Of a DNA stretch of 37,482 nucleotides, positions 35,901-37,482 are shown in pieces. Each line of letters opens with the position of its first letter. The first letter of the stretch is position 1. A program made the translations under genes and the position numbers. Origin of the DNA: a virus (lineage: Duplodnaviria; Caudoviricetes); the IMG/VR virus record IMGVR_UViG_3300031578_000158, positions 1 through 37,482 of that record; one strand, given 5' to 3'. The notes under the pieces are model-generated. The model saw only the letters and a program-made list of their open reading frames with translations, ran no database searches and had not been told where the DNA came from.

Positions 35901-37482
35901 CAAGAATGCTAAGTTTGATTTTGAGGATCTTGCAGATCTTGTCATTGGCTTTGCTGGTGACATCAAGGGTGAGTTGACTAGCTCTCTTGAGGGCTTAATA
36001 TCTGATGCTATTTTTAGTCCAGAGGCCAGACGCGCAATTAAGTCTGAGTTTGACCAGACCATGCGTGATCTCAGGACTAGTCATGCCGAAACACTGACTG
36101 AGATTGCCAAGCAAAGAGCCGCCGATCTTGCAAACCTCCAAGAGGTAGAAGCCGCAAAGCGGCTTGAGATTGGACAGACCCTTGGCCTTCAAAGAGAGGA
36201 ACTTCGCAAGGAACTCCTTGGTGAAAGAGGAGAACGCATTGAGGCATTCCGCGATGAGAAGGACGACCTCAAAGATGCACTAAATGACGGGATCGAAGAG
36301 AGAAGAGAAGCGTTTAACAGAGAGATTACAGAACTCAATCGACAGCTTGCCGAAAAGGAGATCAAAGAGGAGGATTTCAACAAGAAGGTTGCAGAACAGA
36401 AACGAGAACTGGCACAGGACATTCTCGATATTGAGTCTGATAATGCAAAAGATTTACTTGACGCCAGAGAGACATTCAATAACGATATTGTTTCTTTGGA
36501 CGAGGATAGAGAACAACAGCTTGCCGCCCAGCGAGCAGAGTTTGCAGCCGAACTTGAAACACAGTTTTCGGAGTTCGTTGGGGCAAGGGCAGATATTGAA
36601 GATACGTTCAGGTCTGATCTTCTGACTTCTCAGGAACAATTCCGCACAGACGTTGCACAAGCAATGATGGATCTACAATCCGCTCTTGAGGAGCAGGGAG
36701 ACCCCATTGCTAATTTCTTTGATAATTTGTTTGCTGGCATCATTGGTAATTTTACTAGCCTACTTGCCCAGATTGGGGGCGGTCTTATTACTCAGGGGTT
36801 TGGTGCTCTTGCTAGTGCCATCGCCCCGGGCGCAGTCAGCGCCTTTACCACGGCTGTTGAGGGGACCGCGATTGGCGATGCGCTAGTTACTGGGGCAGGA
36901 GCCGCCGCAGCGACTACACTCTCTACTACAACTGCGGCAGGAGCCGCCGCAGCGGGCGGGGGTGGACTGGCGGCATTTGATGTGGCTGCCCCCGCCAGCT
37001 TAGGTGCCCTGGGGACAGCCGCCATTGCAGCTATCCCCTTTGTCGTTGCCATTGTTGGCCCTATCATTGCAGAGGCTCTTGGTTTTGGTGTCCCAACAAG
37101 AGAAGAAGAGATTGAGGCTCAAGTTGCTGCTGGTTCTAAGGTTGTTATTGGTCAGTTTTTCGACCTGTTCTCTGACGCATTTGAATCACAAGATCTTAGT
37201 TTGTTTGACTTTGGTGAGGGGTTTGGGCCTACCGCTGCACCCACCTCCACTAACAACAGGACTGGACAAACATTCGATATTGGTCCCAGTATTGATAATC
37301 CACTAGATATTCTTATCAATTCCATTTCCCCCAGCTCTGCTGGTGCGGGTGGCCTTCGTGGCTCCGAGCAGGCCATTCAGGAATTGTTCTTTGGACCCAA
37401 CTTTGAGAAAGGCCTAGAGCTTTCAATCGGTGTACCTATTAATAATATCGCTGGTGATATTTCAAGAACACTTGAAGCTATC
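32935..37482 (+). CDS. Tape measure protein, TP901-type core, 3' end outside window
   Basis: GTG 32935; DLARGLYDVISAG..AADGVTTIMNAY..GKTRLDEL..LAPLASQVG..IKPT. No stop is reported by the ORF track, implying at least 1516 codons. Confidence 0.92.
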   Translation, partial: MPGLREFAITLTADVGGMVRGIKRGTEAFDAFGFETRLVLRTIGTAITALGAGISTFVAFGVNEFKKFEKELNNFTTLLFDDASTATNEITQLTEEYTKAILDLSVASGKTAVDLARGLYDVISAGSQSITDSSQAIEVLTVATQLSVAGLSSVETAADGVTTIMNAYATSNVSAAEAADFLSNTVIRGKTRLDELNGSMGRLAPLASQVGISLRDLSIILAQTTRSGLKTDEAITSIRGIMRSFIKPTAQVREAAKLLAIQLDDSSFSIDVNAIRTKGLVGILGQLATRYRSLTGKDQADFVNQLGEIFPRIRGLSGGIASLTQFLTGFGTELELDIEAAERTGTALKQFEDQTDTLAFATDRLSSSIAALAIQSVDGALTPALKLITNSFTFLLEVLRDIPILGDLIALFAGIIGPIVTATGAIILFAAEIAILDKFILPLFIAQMTRMGISVGLLTLATNASTLALSLFAGAVKTGILRLFGTLPTFAAFAAAAFLGVKALGALLDVFVESKDVLTEEEKSVISISENIRDNVQRIKDLEEAKKSALLSSEEKINLDTRIKNLTEGITKAQLDLNEAIEATPAAKAKQLFEDLTETFNLINNLGETKGDGFFAQLKDAFTGFPEQLKGLFELFKISGVTLDVTEALAKVEADRAAARKKFNELEAIAFVESATFREEELEDITNALRLDAEKLEAQKDALGASDLRLEALNKEIDLAKALAKDKKKSEFDLAKLEQDRAKEETKRAEIVRKLNSEIAQSNAAILASKAEEFAINVGILQQQAEKTLSLEDDRIAQIGLVLSIDAEIDAREAALVALRASVKEERALAQDAKLTEQATQARVGAIQANINKSKAEIEALKEKKRLELETLEILRDRNRELELSREKRLAEIDVDRIRLDIASKITGVEEEQKQIEIELTKLVAEELRLRNDLLDSEFTDVKGNEVKTRELQFQRDALIAQAEAADKLVGLLTRSSFQRGLQNISDAIKNAKFDFEDLADLVIGFAGDIKGELTSSLEGLISDAIFSPEARRAIKSEFDQTMRDLRTSHAETLTEIAKQRAADLANLQEVEAAKRLEIGQTLGLQREELRKELLGERGERIEAFRDEKDDLKDALNDGIEERREAFNREITELNRQLAEKEIKEEDFNKKVAEQKRELAQDILDIESDNAKDLLDARETFNNDIVSLDEDREQQLAAQRAEFAAELETQFSEFVGARADIEDTFRSDLLTSQEQFRTDVAQAMMDLQSALEEQGDPIANFFDNLFAGIIGNFTSLLAQIGGGLITQGFGALASAIAPGAVSAFTTAVEGTAIGDALVTGAGAAAATTLSTTTAAGAAAAGGGGLAAFDVAAPASLGALGTAAIAAIPFVVAIVGPIIAEALGFGVPTREEEIEAQVAAGSKVVIGQFFDLFSDAFESQDLSLFDFGEGFGPTAAPTSTNNRTGQTFDIGPSIDNPLDILINSISPSSAGAGGLRGSEQAIQELFFGPNFEKGLELSIGVPINNIAGDISRTLEAI

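Noticed and set aside
32931-37376. Many short ORFs listed over the tape measure region
   Set aside because: Shadows of the single long TMP frame, which the track omits because its stop lies outside the window.

Overview
This window is part of a tailed dsDNA phage genome (siphovirus-like, HK97-type head, non-contractile tail); the host cannot be identified from the sequence. Bases 1-6106 hold a minus-strand array of small, translationally coupled accessory genes, including GC-rich mosaic segments, a metallophosphoesterase and a sulfotransferase. The rest is on the plus strand: a structural-like/holin-like trio (6.6-8.7 kb), an AT-rich repeat region and a dense non-coding RNA locus (8.7-9.7 kb), an accessory operon (glycosyltransferase, two methyltransferases, DUF3310, glycoside-hydrolase-like and HD proteins), then TerS, TerL, portal, protease, capsid, head-tail genes, tail tube, a frameshifted tail chaperone and a tape measure gene that runs off the window. 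Two candidate systems stand out. (1) A promoter-driven ncRNA array: a ~200-nt rod RNA whose nearly A-free loop is antisense to Shine-Dalgarno plus start-codon regions of several of the phage's own genes, followed by two tRNA-like elements with broken anticodon arms, the second of which pairs up the next gene's ribosome-binding site. (2) A dispersed glycan build-and-decorate toolkit (triple-GT2+TPR protein and a sulfatase-fold enzyme inside the head-tail module, plus GT2, two methyltransferases and a sulfotransferase) that suggests glycosylated virions. All calls come from motif reading and manual base-pairing; no searches or folding programs were run.
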